Shown here piece by piece: positions 50,195 through 63,811 of a stretch of DNA of 64,000 nt (within the stretch, counting starts at the first letter, position 1; each line of letters opens with the position of its first letter). A program made the translations under genes and the position numbers. This DNA comes from Cenococcum geophilum. Its lineage: Eukaryota. Below the pieces are notes generated by a model that was not told where the DNA came from, searched no databases, and was given only the letters and a program-made list of their open reading frames with translations. The stretch covers positions 15,252,001 through 15,316,000 of the forward strand of contig CP158635.1 of assembly GCA_050273025.1 (NCBI GenBank). The letters run 5' to 3'.

Positions 50195-51869
50195 CTATAA
50201 AAAAAAGGATAAAGATATTAATAAATCTTTATATAGATCTTATAGAATTAATAAATATAGTATAAAAGAAAATAAAAAGATATTATAACGCTAAAAGATC
50301 TAAGGAACCAGATCTTAAGGAGGGGGATAAAGTGTGGCTACTATATAAAAATTTTAAGAGTTAACAACTAAGTAAGAAATTAAACTATGTTAAACTAGGA
50401 CCTTTTAAAATTATATAAAGGATTTTACTAATTATATTTAAGTTGGACCTACTAGCTAAAATAAAAATCTACCCTATATAGTATATTGTAATACTAGAGC
50501 TAGTATATAGGAATATTAAGCCACTAATTTATAAAGCAGATATGTATAGAGGGTAAAAAGAAAATAAATAGTAAGTTTTAAAGATCGTTAATTATAAGGA
50601 CGTTAACAATAAAATATAATATAAAGTTAAGTGGATAGGCTATAATAAAACTACCTAAGAGCTACTATAGAACCTAAAGAACGCTATAAAAAAGGTATAG
50701 GAGTATTTAGAGAAAAAGGGTTAAGTAATATTAAGAAGGAGCTAAAGATAAAGGGATTAGTTAAAGGCAATAAACGAGCCGGATTATTTAAGGGATCTAC
50801 TACTAGCATATTAGTTATTTCCACCTTATTTTAATTAGAATCCTTTTTAGCCTTTTTAGCCTTAAGCTTAAAGAGACCTTATTTAATAAGACGCAACTCT
50901 TTTAAGTGCACCTTTTTATAACCCTTTATTAGACGGCTTAGGCGAGTATAAGTATCTAGTTAAGATTTTAGAGCCTAAGACATCTTATTAGAATAACGCT
51001 AAACTTTAATAAGGGCCTTAGCTAGCTTACTTTCTAGTTTTTCGGCTACTACTAATACGCAAAACCCTAAGACAAATTAGATAACTAAATAATTATAAAG
51101 ATTAATAAAATACGCATACTTAGCGTTAAAGATAAATTAAATATTATAAGATGATTATATGTTTGCTTACGTATACTTAGCGTAAAAAGAAGGTTAGCAA
51201 CTGGATAGAGCCGCAATTATAATATATACTAACTTCTCCTCCGTATAATAAGAGTAGGATAGTATAACTTTACTAAGAGAAAGAATAAATATTACTAACT
51301 AATTACAATAATTAGACATAAAGGATTTAATAAAAGGTATTAGAAATAATAAAGGTTATTAAATTAAAAATAGGAATGCTATACCTTTAATAAATAACTT
51401 AGAGATATAAGATATCTTTAAGGACGAAAATAAAGAGAAGGGGGATAGTGTTACAGACCTTATATCGGCAGTAGTAGCACTATTAAAAAGATATATAAAT
51501 AGACTAGTGATAGAAGTATAGGAGGTGCTAAAACTTGTTAAACTATAGGATAAGGGGTAACCGAGTTATATAGTTAGTTACGTTATAGATTTGGAACGTA
51601 GGAACGTAGAAACGTAGGAACGTAATATACTAACGTACTAATATACTAACGTACTTAGTACATTTCTTAGGCGCAGTATTATATATTTAAAGGACTATAA
51701 TCCCTACCTAGATCGTTCCCTTCTTTGTAGTAAATCTTAGAATATAATTAGAGTTAATCTATTAAGTAACTACTTTACTAGTTATATTACCGTTGCTAAC
51801 TATTCCTTAACTTATATATCTAGCCCATTATTAAGTTTACCATAGTTCTTGCTATAAGGCTTCGTTATA
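50195..51869 (+). mobile_element. 3' fragment of a Gypsy related to family A (integrase end, chromodomain, antisense ORF, 3' LTR 51449-51869)
   Basis: Aligns to about 29830-30350. PPT AAAGAGAAGGGGGATAG is followed by TGTTAC. Confidence 0.85.
50760..51340 (-). pseudogene. Antisense zinc-cluster-like ORF, second homologue
   Basis: De-RIP ILSLGEVMPSCS.C.EEKLVCI.IAAPSS..PSFCAECT.ANMRSSCDI. Confidence 0.6.
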
Positions 51870-52657
51870 ATAGGACTACTAGATTTAAAACCATATATAC
51901 TAAATCTTAAGAGATAAGTCTCTTTAACTAACTAGTTAATACCTTAACCGCATTTAATAACCTAAGGGTAAATATAGGAGTAATATATTAGTAATATAGG
52001 GGATTATAAGAAAAGGATTATAAGAAAAGATTATAGATTATATCTTAGCAGTTAAAGACAACGGTAAGCTAAGGCTCTATATATTAAATCCTATACTAAA
52101 AGGTTCTATAGAACTATATTAGAATACTAAATTACCTATAATACTTATAATTAATTATAAACTGATATAAAGGCTTAGAAGTAAAGTTGTATAAAAATCC
52201 CTATATTAGCCTAAGTAGTTACTAGTATACTTCTAGTAGGCTTTTAATAGGTCTCCTAGTAATCCTTATATCTTTTCTCTAGTAATATTTTTTCCTTATT
52301 AAGGTTTTATAGGAGTTTAAAGTAGGGGTTAAATAGATAGATAATATATAGCGGTATACCAACGTCTCTTTAATATCTCTCTAAACCCCTTCTAAAATAA
52401 GCCCTTATAATCTCCCTACCGTAAGGTAATAGCGATTAGGGGCTAACCGTAAGAAGGGGGGGGGCAATATAAGGGATATTATTGCGGACACCTCGGGTTG
52501 CCCTCAGGACAACCCCTGGACGCCCCTCGGATGGTCGCCGGTTACGTGCCGGAGGCACGTGCCCGTAGTATATAGTCTCCACGATCCCGGAGGCCTTACC
52601 TCCTCAAGGATTCGTCTCTCTCACCAATCTATCCTGTTCCACAATCGTGCCCTTATA
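51870..52657 (+). mobile_element. 3' end of another LTR retrotransposon with a short LTR (52468-52657)
   Basis: PPT AAGAAGGGGGGGGG is followed by TATAAGGG...CCCTTATA, read as RIPped TGTAAGGG...CCCTTACA. Confidence 0.6.
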
Positions 52658-52836
52658 GCCCCCTGTCTATAAAGTCCCCTCACAAAGAGCGATAGAACGG
52701 CAGTAGATAAGAATTATCTAATTATTACTGTGTAACACTCATACGCCCAGTACCATGGCCTCCAAGTGCCGTTAAATTCATCCCCCCTCATTACTACCAT
52801 ATTATTAGGCTCTCCGGATAAGCTCTGTCAACCAAT

Positions 52837-53911
52837 TTACAACTTCTGCCCCTCAAACCCCACCTCAACAATCTGATCCATTCCTTCGTACGGCGGAAGA
52901 TCCAGTCCATACTTCTCCGCCATCTCGGGACTTAAGAAACTATACTACTAAGTCAACGTTCCGTGGCGTACTCGTGGCATTCCGCCCTATTCGCAGGGGA
53001 AACGTAAACCTACCGGCCTCCGATAAAATGTCTCCCCCTGAACCATTCGACCAAGGGCTTTGGAGCAGTCAATGATATAAGAGCTTCTGGCTGGAAATCT
53101 TTCCCAGGACCCGAAGGCGGTGGTCCGTTCTCGATATTCCAGGAAGATGGCGCATCAACTGCAAGAATGGGAACTGTAGTGTCTCGCAGGGCTTCGATGA
53201 CTTTGGGAAAAGGTTCACGGACTTCACCGGAGAAGGAGAAGCCTGGTTGGCAGGTTTAGTCCACTGTCAGAAAGGGAAGAATGGAGCTGAGGAGTCAATA
53301 GTACCAAATATAGCGTCGACGACATGGTCAGCATGCTTCAAGGCTGTTTCAAAGTCCTCAGTGAAAGGAATACCGAGGTCTTTTAACTGTTTGGTAAGGC
53401 GCTAGGCATGGGTGAGCTATAAGTCGTTGTAGAAGGTGCCAGGATTTGTCACCTGGTAGAGCTCATTTTTGCTCTGCTTGGGATAATACATCATTGGCTG
53501 GTATCCATAGTGCCAGAGATGCCTTGCTGCTACAAGACCATCACCACCTGCCATCTATAAGCCGGGCTGCACAGATATGACATATTATCCACAGGTATCA
53601 CCATTATTGCCAGGTCCGCAGGCTACTAGGATCCGCCTCCCTTTGTTAAGCGGCTGTAGCTTAAAGACTTATACGTGAAATTAGCTCTCGAATAAGTTCA
53701 CCATGAACCAAAAATAGCTATGGATGATGTCTTTCTCATACCAGCCTGTGAAACTGATAATCCTGCCAACTCCATTAACTGATCGATGGAAAAGGCCCCG
53801 GTGCTCATAAGCTCCTTGTCTAGCGCAGCAGCATTCTTTGCTGAAAGAGTCTGGGGTTTGTGTTAGAGTAACAGGAGAATAAGGATGGCGGGACTGTACT
53901 CTTAAAGTCAT
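52837..53911 (-). CDS. NNR1: NAD(P)H-hydrate epimerase (YjeF N-terminal/AIBP family), 7 exons, 236 aa, intact
   Basis: Exons 53911-53900, 53850-53742, 53667-53602, 53547-53453, 53401-53305, 53242-53014 and 52939-52837, all GT-AG, splice in frame. Motifs: [64 protein letters not shown]. Confidence 0.95.
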
Positions 53912-54024
53912 TTCCCTGAGCTGTTTTGAACGCTTCCTCGGCTTTGGGAGTTGAGGATCGGAACCTATGGCTGGAAGGAGACTTCGGACGCCTAGAGGGG
54001 AAAGCGATTACATCACACTGCTTA

Positions 54025-55467
54025 GTAGCCGAAATAAGTGTCGGTTTGGGGCACGTGCGCGCCCCACCCTGAGCATGCCTCACAATCATAACAAACCTTA
54101 CAACACCACCATTTCGCACCCAAATTCGTTCGCTGCAATTACTAATTATAACCCAAGTTACCAAGGAGCCTACATCCTAAAAAATACGGGCAAAACACTT
54201 TACCCCACCCCTAGAATTATACTATAATGCTGGGGAAAATAAGCATCTAAAGACTCCTCCACGCACAGGAGTTCTCTACGCCAAAATCTTTGGCTAATTA
54301 CTAGGTAAGGCTATTCCTCCGGCTATTATATAGCAGGCTACTAGAATTATAGAGCACTCTTAGTAACGTATTGTGGCCTTAAAGCAATGCAGAACTATAT
54401 ATAATTTTAGGCTAGAAATAAGAGGGAGAAATCGAGCTCTTACAAAGGAAGATACCCACGCTATTGCCGTGTATTTAGACGACCCTAATCTCAATTAAGA
54501 CTTAAAATCAGCCCTATAGCAGACTATTATTTAAAAGGCCCTAAATTATAAAGATCTTCTAATGGTTCTAACTTAAAGAACAGGTTGCTAACCTCTTGGA
54601 AATAAGCTAATTTAAAGAGCCATAAAAAAGGATAAAGGATATATTAATGCAAAGATAGAAGAAAAGAAGTGGCTTAACTAGGAGCAGGCAGATAGAAGAA
54701 AGAATTGGTACTATTTATAGCTAGAAAAAAGACCCTATCCTAAAGACTGGAATAATATTGCTTTTTATAATAAATATTACTTTAGTTTAGGTGTAGAAGA
54801 AACCCATAGAATTAAGAGAAGAAGTAGTAATCTTTACCGCTATTTACCACAGAATATTTATAGGAAGAAGGGGGTTACTAAAAAGGATAAAAAGGAGAAG
54901 GCCTAAGAGAAGAAGCATCTTAAACTGTTTAATGTCTTTATTGTTATTAGTAGGACCTAAAAAAAGTTCTTCTTATATAAGGTGGATAACTAGGTAGGTA
55001 AGATAAATTTAAAAGCCTATACCAAGCAGGTGTTACCATAGCTTCTTTTAAAGTTTAATATTAAGGGAATTACTTTATGCTAGGATATAGATTTAGCGCA
55101 TAAATCAAGGGAGTCTTTAGCCTGGGTAAAGGAATGGGACTTAAAGCTTCTAACATTGCCTGGTCTATCACTAGATCTATCAATTATAGAGTCCTTAGCC
55201 CATCCTATTAAGAAGAAATTCCATTCAAAGCGCGTTGAAGAGGACACAGCATTAGAGCGTTTTATAGATGTTTAGGAGAACCAAGTAGATCAGGAGAAGA
55301 TTGCAGAGATATACAGCTGGTACACGAAGCGCCTACATGAGTGCATTAGGGCTGACGGGCAGATGACTCGATATTGAATTGATTTGGCTGTATTATGGTA
55401 TTGTGATCGTGAACTATGATTTTGGTGGGTGCGCACGTGCCCCAAACCGACACTTATTTCGGCTACG
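54025..55467 (+). mobile_element. Tc1/mariner DNA transposon with partly RIPped transposase
   Basis: TIR (C)GTAGCCGAAATAAGTGTCGGTTTGGGGCACGTGCGC, TA flanks. LPGLS(P)DLSIIE motif near 55160-55190. C-terminus RLHECIRADGQMTRY*. Confidence 0.9.
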
Positions 55468-55506
55468 TAGAGACTGCTTAGTAGCGGAAGAGAACGGAAG
55501 AATAAT

Positions 55507-58500
55507 CGGACCCTCTCCGGGCACAACCATCCCACACAACCATGATTACTTAGCACTTAGTAAGCACGCACGGGCCACTATCGGGGGTGCGGAAGAACTT
55601 CAAAAAAGCATGTCCTCACCGCAACTTACATTATAGAATATCTATGCAACTACGTAGTAAATAGACTAGTTTAGGGCGCGGAATTAATAGCTTATTGTGT
55701 AGACTAAAAGTCCTAAACAGCTTATAAAGTAAATATTAGTGCTAGGTCTAAGATATAACACCAAAGTCGGACGGCTTGGTAGCAAGTTTTTGGAAGTTTT
55801 CTACTACAAAGTCGCTCCAAATCTACACCTTGCAAAGCCTATATCAACTTCCTATTATACAGCATGGCCGATAGCTCTTCGTTTAATATCAATTCAACTC
55901 TTCCCGACCTTAATAAGCTCCTACAGCGTTACCCTACTACCTATACTGCCTCTACTACCTCTACTGCCTCTACTGCTCCAGTACGAAAATCTGGTAATCG
56001 CCAGAGCAACCCCATTAAAGTCCTTAATACTCCACCCCCCCTTCGCTAGGTTACTCCAGCCGCTTAGCGTAAGGTTCCTCAGGCTCCGTTAACTCCATCT
56101 TGGCTTCACCGGCCATAGTATACGGGTGTAGAGAGCTCAGCACAGGCCTCTACGCAGGAGCCGTTCTCTCCTCTACCCCCTCCTAGAACTCCACCCCCTA
56201 GCGGTTATGAATATTATGCTGCTTCTGCTTCTTTAGTATACGATACAAATAATCCTCCGCAATGGCTTCAATCGCCATCACCAGAAGTTAAGATCCAACG
56301 CCCAGAGTGGCAGCCGAACTACCGTTTGCATCCAGACCTAGCTCCAGTAGTAAAAAAAGTGGTTAACTCTATGCCCGCTCACCACCTTCTAAAGCCGTAC
56401 GATGGTGAGACCTTTAAGAATCCTGACGCCGCGTTTAATCGATACCAGGACTACGCCTTCAGCAAAGGCTTCTTTATTATTACGCTGTCCTTAGGCAATA
56501 AAACTGCTCTATGGCCGCACCGTATCTTTAGCTGTAAACACCATAGTAAGCATACCCGGAACTACCGCAAGTTAGACAACTTCCGCGGTAATAATAGCAA
56601 CCGGCAGTAAGAGGCTACTAAGGTACACCAAAAGAACTGCGGCTGGTGTATTCGTGTGGCCTAGAAGAAGCTTCCTGGCCATACAGGTGATATTAAAGGA
56701 TAGGTGGCGACTATTACGCGCGCCAAGCACTCTAATCTAAATACTCCAGAGGCTCCAGAACACGACTTTATCGCGAATCCCCTTGCTTATATTGGCCACC
56801 AGGATCAACTACCAGAGGCTAAAGAGGCAGCTGCGGAAGCCTACCGCCTTAGGGCAACTCGAGAGACCTATCTTACTACACAGCGTTAGCTTTCTTCCCG
56901 GGAGTTACATATAAGCAAGAAGAAATACTATAACTTAACGCGATCGTTAAGCGGCCTTCCTAGTGGGGCTAAGGGCCAGCCGCGAGCGCTCAGCGCCCTT
57001 GAGCTACTTCTCCACTAGCATAGATTTAAGTACCGGTCTCGATATACCTACACAATTAATCCAGAATCAGGTCGTCTAATTACCCAGAGTCTCCAGCAGC
57101 TTATATTCTAGCTTCCTATCTAGGTAGATTTAGCACAAAGGTTTATTACCGACTTTGGCTGCTAGATGGACGCTATATTTAATACCAATCGATCCAAGCT
57201 CTTATTGGCTATTATTACTAGCGTTACTAATATGGGGTCCTCTTTTCTAGCAATGCAGTCATTTATTAAGAGCGAGTCTTAGCTAAATTAGACCTTTTTA
57301 CTAGAGTCTGCTCAGCAGAAACTTTGGAAACGGCCACCTAAAGTTATTATTGCTGATTTTGGTAAGGGCCTTGCAGCCGCCTTATTGGTAGGGCAGTTAA
57401 TCGCAGTTATTCTCTAGTACTACCAGTGGCACGCCGCGAAGGCAATAAAGAAGCGGATTAATAAGGGGATCCAGACAAAGGTTAAGAGGCCGCATAGTTA
57501 CTCGGCGGAAGAGAGGAAGGTAGTAAAGGAGCTATTTTAGCCCTACCTAAAATCTAAAACGGTAGCAGAGCTTAAAGCCAATTAAAAGGCAGTCCTAGAT
57601 AAGCTACACCCGTACGATAAGGTGTGGTTTCAGACTATATACGTTGAAAAGGAGAGCCAGATGATTACCTGTTATATTAGGTAAGCTTTCTATATTAGGT
57701 TAACTTTTAAGCTGGGGAACAGAATGTCGCCATAATATATTTGGATGAGCTTTACTATGGGCTAGCCTATAGTAAAGCTCATCCAAATGTCTCGTGGCTA
57801 CATTCCGTTCCCCGGCTTAAAAACCTTATTTTAACGTCAACTTTTCCTCAACCACTTACCTCCTCACTAGATACCTTCTAAATTTAGGTGCAGCGGCAAG
57901 CCAACGAGGCGAGGGTATTAACGGAGGATTGAAATGCTTTACTAATTATTAATTAAGCCTTAAGGATGCTATAATTAAGCTAAAGAGGTGGATTTCAATA
58001 TTATATAAAGAGTTAATTAAATCCAAATACACGTCTAAAATATCCCTCCCCCGAATAATTACCCTAAATCTCTTTCAGCACCACTTCACGAAGATTAACG
58101 GTATAGTGACACACTACACGCTTAAGCGAATCTTTAACTCTATGCGTGGCGCGAGAGCTTCGACGAATAAGGAAAAGCAAGAGTGGGCCAATTGGGAGTA
58201 GAAGCAGGACGACTGCAACTGCGAGGACCCCTACCGATATGGCCTCCCCTGTCGCCATATGCTTATTCGGTTCTTAATACAGAGGCTTCCTATATCGTCG
58301 GCTTTAATCTACCCTCGCTGGTGTATTACAACAAAGCTAATTGCTGCTCCAGATTGGCAGCCGCAATATACTAAGGATATGGCATTCCAGGGCGACCTAC
58401 TGCCAGGGCACCCGGAGGCTCTTACTAGGATCCGGCTATCGGTTCTTCGTCTCCTTAATATTATTAAGGACCTTCCTGCTAAAGAAATAAGCGAGCTTGC

Positions 58501-59507
58501 TAATAAATTTGAAGACTTTAAGGTGGCTTAAATGGCTATTTTAACTAGACAGGCAGAGCTTTAATCACTACCTAAAGGTGCTCCATTTAAGGTTCCTCCA
58601 AAGGCTCGCTGGCAGCCACCACCTAAAAAGAAGCACGGTAAGGCCAACTAGCGGGGTAAGATAAGCGCTGAGATTGCTGAACGTGCTGCCGACGTCGCTG
58701 TGCAAGAGCTCTAAAAGGAAAGGCAGGAGGAGGCCCGGAAGCAGAAGGAGCAGGTACTAAGCGGCGGCGTAGATCTTAGCTAATTTCTAATCCAAAACAA
58801 AGAGCCAGCCGACGAAGTAGATATGGATATTGAGGAGGATAAGCAGCAACCGTTTGACGAACCGTCGGTGCTATATGACGAAGTTTTAGGGGGGTTGGAG
58901 GACGAGGTGGTTATTTTGGAAGCGGAGGACGACGACTCGTGGCTTAATAACGCGGAAGTACTCTACGGTACTATATTGGACGACCCTTACCAAAATATTA
59001 GTAAGAAGGAGCCTATTGCGAACTATTCGGCACCTGACAATTATTAAGAGCCGCCATCTCTCCTACTCTATCAATCCGGCAGAGCGGCGCGCACTAGAGC
59101 TCGAAGGACCTATACTTAATTAGCTTGTGGTAATTTTACATTAATCTTAAGTAATACTGACGAGGATCCTAGTGGTCCTAAGCTAAAAGAGGTTGTTAAT
59201 CCTAAGCAAAAAGAGGTTGGCATTCCGTTAAAATTAAAGCAATGGCGACAGGGAGCTTCTGCAGACGCGTATGAGGCTTATAAAGCTAGCGCACTTGCTA
59301 TTAGGTCCCCCAAGGCCAAGCGCACGCGTGGTAATAAAAAGGGAAAGGACACTGTTGAAATAGACGGCCGAATATTGGAGTATTACACGTGTAAATAGTG
59401 CTTTGTTATTCAAATCGGAATTCAAGTTGGCGATAGTGGCCCGTGCGTGCTTACTAAGTGCTAAGTAATCATGGTTGTGTGGGATGGTTGTGCCCGGAGA
59501 GGGTCCG
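55507..59507 (+). mobile_element. Complete Mutator (MULE) transposon
   Basis: About 77-bp perfect TIRs (CGGACCCTCTCCGGGCACAACC...). TSD AAGAATAAT at 55498-506 and 59508-516 (or 11-bp GAAGAATAATC if the TIR begins GGACCC). Confidence 0.95.
55864..59230 (+). pseudogene. MULE transposase with RIP stops
   Basis: FNRYQDYAFSKGF (FAR1-like), MDA.FNTNR.KL, PKVIIADFGKGL, Q..QWHAAKA, and SWIM-like CNCEDPYRYGLPCRH. The 3' end is approximate. Confidence 0.85.
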
Positions 59508-61279
59508 AAGAATAATCCCCAAAGAAATCTGTGTTTAGAAACAACCCACTAAATTATTAACTGAGAAACTGTAAATTATGGTTGGGTCTGCAATTATCAT
59601 AGTGGTATGAGCAATGTACCTCTAGTAAAGCCGGTGTCGCACGACTTTGAAAATAGGAGTTGGCGTAGTTATGCATAAATGCTCTACTGTAAGGCTGTAC
59701 TCAACATCCCCAACCCACTTCGTAGAATGCCATCGAACGACCTCGTTCTCCAGCGATATTAGATTTATAACCACAGAATTCTTCAGCATTTTATGAGTAT
59801 ATCTGACCAACCCACACGCCTCTATCATGTGTTTTAAGTGACTGCAACCAGCGGAATCTCGCGTTTTTCACAATGGCAGCCGATAATTAAGGCTCCAATT
59901 GATGATCTATCTGCAGTCCTTGACGTACTTTAGAGGTTATATGATATTACTATTCCTTTCTTACTACGATGCTAGAGACTTTATTACAAGGCACAATTCC
60001 TGTACAGTATGTTCCCCTCTTAAATAATTGCATCGGCTTCCCTTACTTCTGTTGCATCTACTAAATGCTGGCGCCTGGAGGTTATGCTTCAGCTTGATTG
60101 GAAGAGTCGACACTTCACACAACTAATACAGATAGGGTCTACTTAGAAGATAGGGAAGGCCTTTTTTTTTGTTGGGATAGGCATATGAACAGGTCTTACT
60201 ATTTCCGATTGCGGATGCAACGCTGTATCCTATGCCTTTCCGTCCTCCATGCCCGTTCCAGTGAATGATAGAGACTTTGGTCACAGGATCTGGACAACTG
60301 GCTTATCCATTCCGAGCAAATAGCTTCTTGTTAGCAGCTTTTCGTTGATTCTGTTCGATCAGAAGTATGGAGGAAATCGCAAATTTAACTGTTTAACTGA
60401 GTAGCTTTGACTGGATGAATATGCGACTTGTCTGACTTCTCATTGCACATGAAGCGGTCCCTGTTGGCAGAAGTGCGAGGCGTAATCTGCTTGGTCATTG
60501 CCACAACATATATAGATTTAGAACAATAACAGATTAATCTCAGAAGGGGGCACGCGTATTCATTAAAGGTTTTCATTCTGGAAATCTTTGCTACATACCT
60601 CCAAAACCCAATAGCAATCTTTTCACAGACATTCTATCTTACCGCATCGACAAATCAGGAGTAATTGTAATGGGCGTTTCAGGATAGAGAATGAATAGAC
60701 GAGGGTCGCCCACCCATCACACTATAAAATCTTTCGCAAAAGCAGAGATGACACAGAGCAACACGAAAAACGCCAGGTAGATGAAAACAGTAACAAAGGA
60801 AACCCATTGGATATACCGGTACATGAAACAGGGAATAAGAAGCTTTCGGGTTCTCTTTAAGGGGACGGAAGAACCAAAACGGAACTTGAAGTGCTCATTT
60901 CTCGGCCGCAAGGAGCTAGGGTGTAAAGGTTTGCGCCGCTGATAAAGGTGAATGTGTTAGAAATTATTACAACAAGCCAAAAATCCGGGTATCGGGCAGA
61001 GAAGCGCAGCCGAAGATGAGTGATCGAGTTATATCGAGTCATATCGATGAGATATCTAGAATCTCAGGGCACCAATGCCTCTAGACATACCCTCCTCTTC
61101 AACTCCTCCGCTTTTGAATTGAGAAACCCGCGCGCATCTCAAGAAGTGGACATCCATAGCAGTTGTTACAGCCAGTGAGGATACTGGAAGAAGACGAGAA
61201 ATGAAATCCTGACGACAAGGAAACGTAGTCATCGCAAGAGTCGTGAAAGAACGGTCGTGGAGACCCAGCCTCCCTCAAC

Positions 61280-62416
61280 CTATAGCAGGATGAGATAGTT
61301 GCTAGGCGCAATGCCAGTCTCGCCGTTTGGTTTCTTAGCCTGCCACCACCTCCCGCTGACATCTGAAACCTCCAAAATATCATGTTTCTGGAAGCTAATC
61401 TCATTCACGTCGTCAGGGTTTGCTTCGTAGCTGTAAATTGCCTTTGCGCGGTACGGATATTCCACAGACGTGCCGGCCTCGCCTTCGTTTGGACCATCTG
61501 TGGGAGTGTGCACTTGTGACGTATTATTAAGAGCTGTTGCGCCAAAGCGTGGCTGTGAAGAGTTTCGCTGATCCACACCAACAGGCCCACCCGGGTAGCC
61601 TGAAACAGGGGAAGATGTTTCGAATCCGTTGAGTTGAGCGGAAGTGTACATTTGTGGCGCGGGATTTGCAGTGACGGAAGTGTCGGGTCTTGCACCATAG
61701 TTGTTTGACATCTGCCTTGAGTTGCGTGAGGAGTGTCGATCTTTGTGGAGCGCATATGAATCGACGAAGGTTCGGTGGCTAGCTTGCGGCTGGGAGCCGT
61801 AGTAGAATACCCAAACGATCTGGACGTAATATATTAGTATTTGCACACCGTGAATTGTATAGTTTGTGCTTACCGCAACCATGGATAACAAAATGAAACC
61901 TGCTGCTGCTGCTTCGAAAGCAGCTGTGGGAGAGTACACCAAGGAATTGACGGAAGAGGTAGTAAAGACTAAGCCAGCAGCAAGGAAACCAACAATCTGT
62001 ATGAGCATTAGCAAAAATCGACTTCTATATGCATCCAAAATTTTGGTAGTGGACTCACCGCGACATGATATGTATGTTCAGAGTCCGAGGCTACCGTGAC
62101 TGTGACACCCACTATGCAGAAGAACATGAAGACCAGAGCCCACCACGCGAAATTAGGGAAGCCTCCATGAATGGCAGAGATGATCGAGCTAACGAAGGCA
62201 ATAATCCAGGCGAGCTGTTAAAACAGGTCGAATATTAGTCTTGTCGTACATACGAGACCAAGACCGTCAGTCACTTACAATACCAATCGAGATTGTTGCT
62301 AACGCAAAAGGGTCTCCCACAATCCGACCAAAGGAGAATGTTGATCTATTCCCGTAACTATGTCCGTTTTCCATTTTGCGAAGCGATGGGGAGGGAATGG
62401 AGCCGTAGGATGGCAT
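61280..62416 (-). CDS. SHO1: High-osmolarity signalling membrane sensor Sho1 (4 TM plus SH3), 4 exons, 318 aa
   Basis: Exons 62416-62279, 62214-62059, 61996-61874 and 61819-61280 splice in frame. Motifs: [26 protein letters not shown]3 [17 protein letters not shown]...[21 protein letters not shown]. Confidence 0.97.
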
Positions 62417-63811
62417 GAAGTTCAGCTTGCGATGTCGGGTGAAGAGCGAAGGAGATGTTGCAAAAGGGCGCGACGACGGCTTAAAGCACACTGTTCGGGT
62501 CTTGCGAACGACGTGCGATAAGGTCGAGCTAGGAGCGAATAGAGGTTATGAAGGTTGCCGCAGCGCCTGGCCGAAGACGAGGAGTTAGAGGCGAAAGGTG
62601 AGGAGAGATTTTCGACGAAAGGGCTAAAGCAGGCGACGCCAAACAGCGACGACGGTAAAGAAGGCCAGCAACGAACGAGCCCAAAAACACCAAAGACTGA
62701 GAGAAAGCGCGCGCACGACGATGGAGCTCGCTGGCGCTATGTGTCGACTGCTGCTCAGGGCGGAGAGTTGAGAGGTCGAGATCGGAGGAGTTGCCAGGTC
62801 CCTCGCGCTTCTCTGGCTGTTTCACCCCAACCCGCCCAAGCGTCGGCAATGTGCAGGGTCGACCTGGTTGATTGGCTGGCCTGATGGCTTTAAAAGCGCA
62901 CCCAGGGAATTGGCTGACAGTTAAGAGCCAGCAAATTTAAATGGCAGCCAGTGGCGCTGAGAGAGTCCCTTGTCACGAATCCATTGCGGGGGAAGAGAGA
63001 GTGCCAGCACAAAAAGCTGGTCAAGACCCCCGACTCGACGAAATCACGAGTGCACTGCCGCTGTGGGCGAATGGAGTTGACTTTGCTGCTCAAAGGAGCC
63101 ACCCAAAGTGCCACGTTGTTAGAGCAACACCTGTACCTCTCTCTCTATCGCCATGCCCATCTACTCTCCGCTTCCTTCCCCATGGATTCTTTGCCCACTG
63201 CTAATCGACAACACTAGTGCTGAAATTACTTAGAGTGCTCATCAAAGCACATGGTCAATGCGATCCCGTGTAGATCGGGCCCAATGGAGTATTTGAGACG
63301 CTGATGAAACCTTGATCCAACACAATGCTGGAATCGGAGAAGAGAAATCCGATATTCCACAAGCACAACTCCATCATATCGGTATTTGAGTGAGCGGGTC
63401 GCTCACATATTGGATTTATTATCGGAATGCCTGATGCCGAAGTGCCCGGAAGGGGGAACAAAAGCTGACGCACTCATCAGATTCAGAACCCAAAACGCGA
63501 AGAGAAGAAATCTTCTGCTTGCGAAGTAGGGCGGGCTAGCTAGATGTTCTAGAAGAGCGTCTCATCCGCCTCGTCACCAGTCGCCCAAGCTCATTACTTA
63601 TTCGCCATTATCAAGGCTAGACAGATACTGCCCCAGGTTCTGTAGTCGTCAAACCATCTTCATTCGAACTTCCATTCTTATGGGTAGCGCATACTAGCAG
63701 CCGCTGCATCAGAGCCTTGCGTATATCGCAAACAATAATATTGATGTGATGTAATGACGAAGACGATCGTTGAAGGCCTCATAATCCACGCGTAATCGTG
63801 GCCGTGCTGGA

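Noticed and set aside
53681..53911. 76-aa ORF in the track
   Set aside because: It reads through intron 1 of NNR1 and is not a separate gene.
61280..62038. 252-aa ORF as the full Sho1
   Set aside because: It starts inside an intron and reads through another in-frame intron. The true start is 62416.
62529..63473. Several short overlapping ORFs upstream of SHO1
   Set aside because: No recognisable domains; likely 5' UTR, promoter or intergenic sequence.
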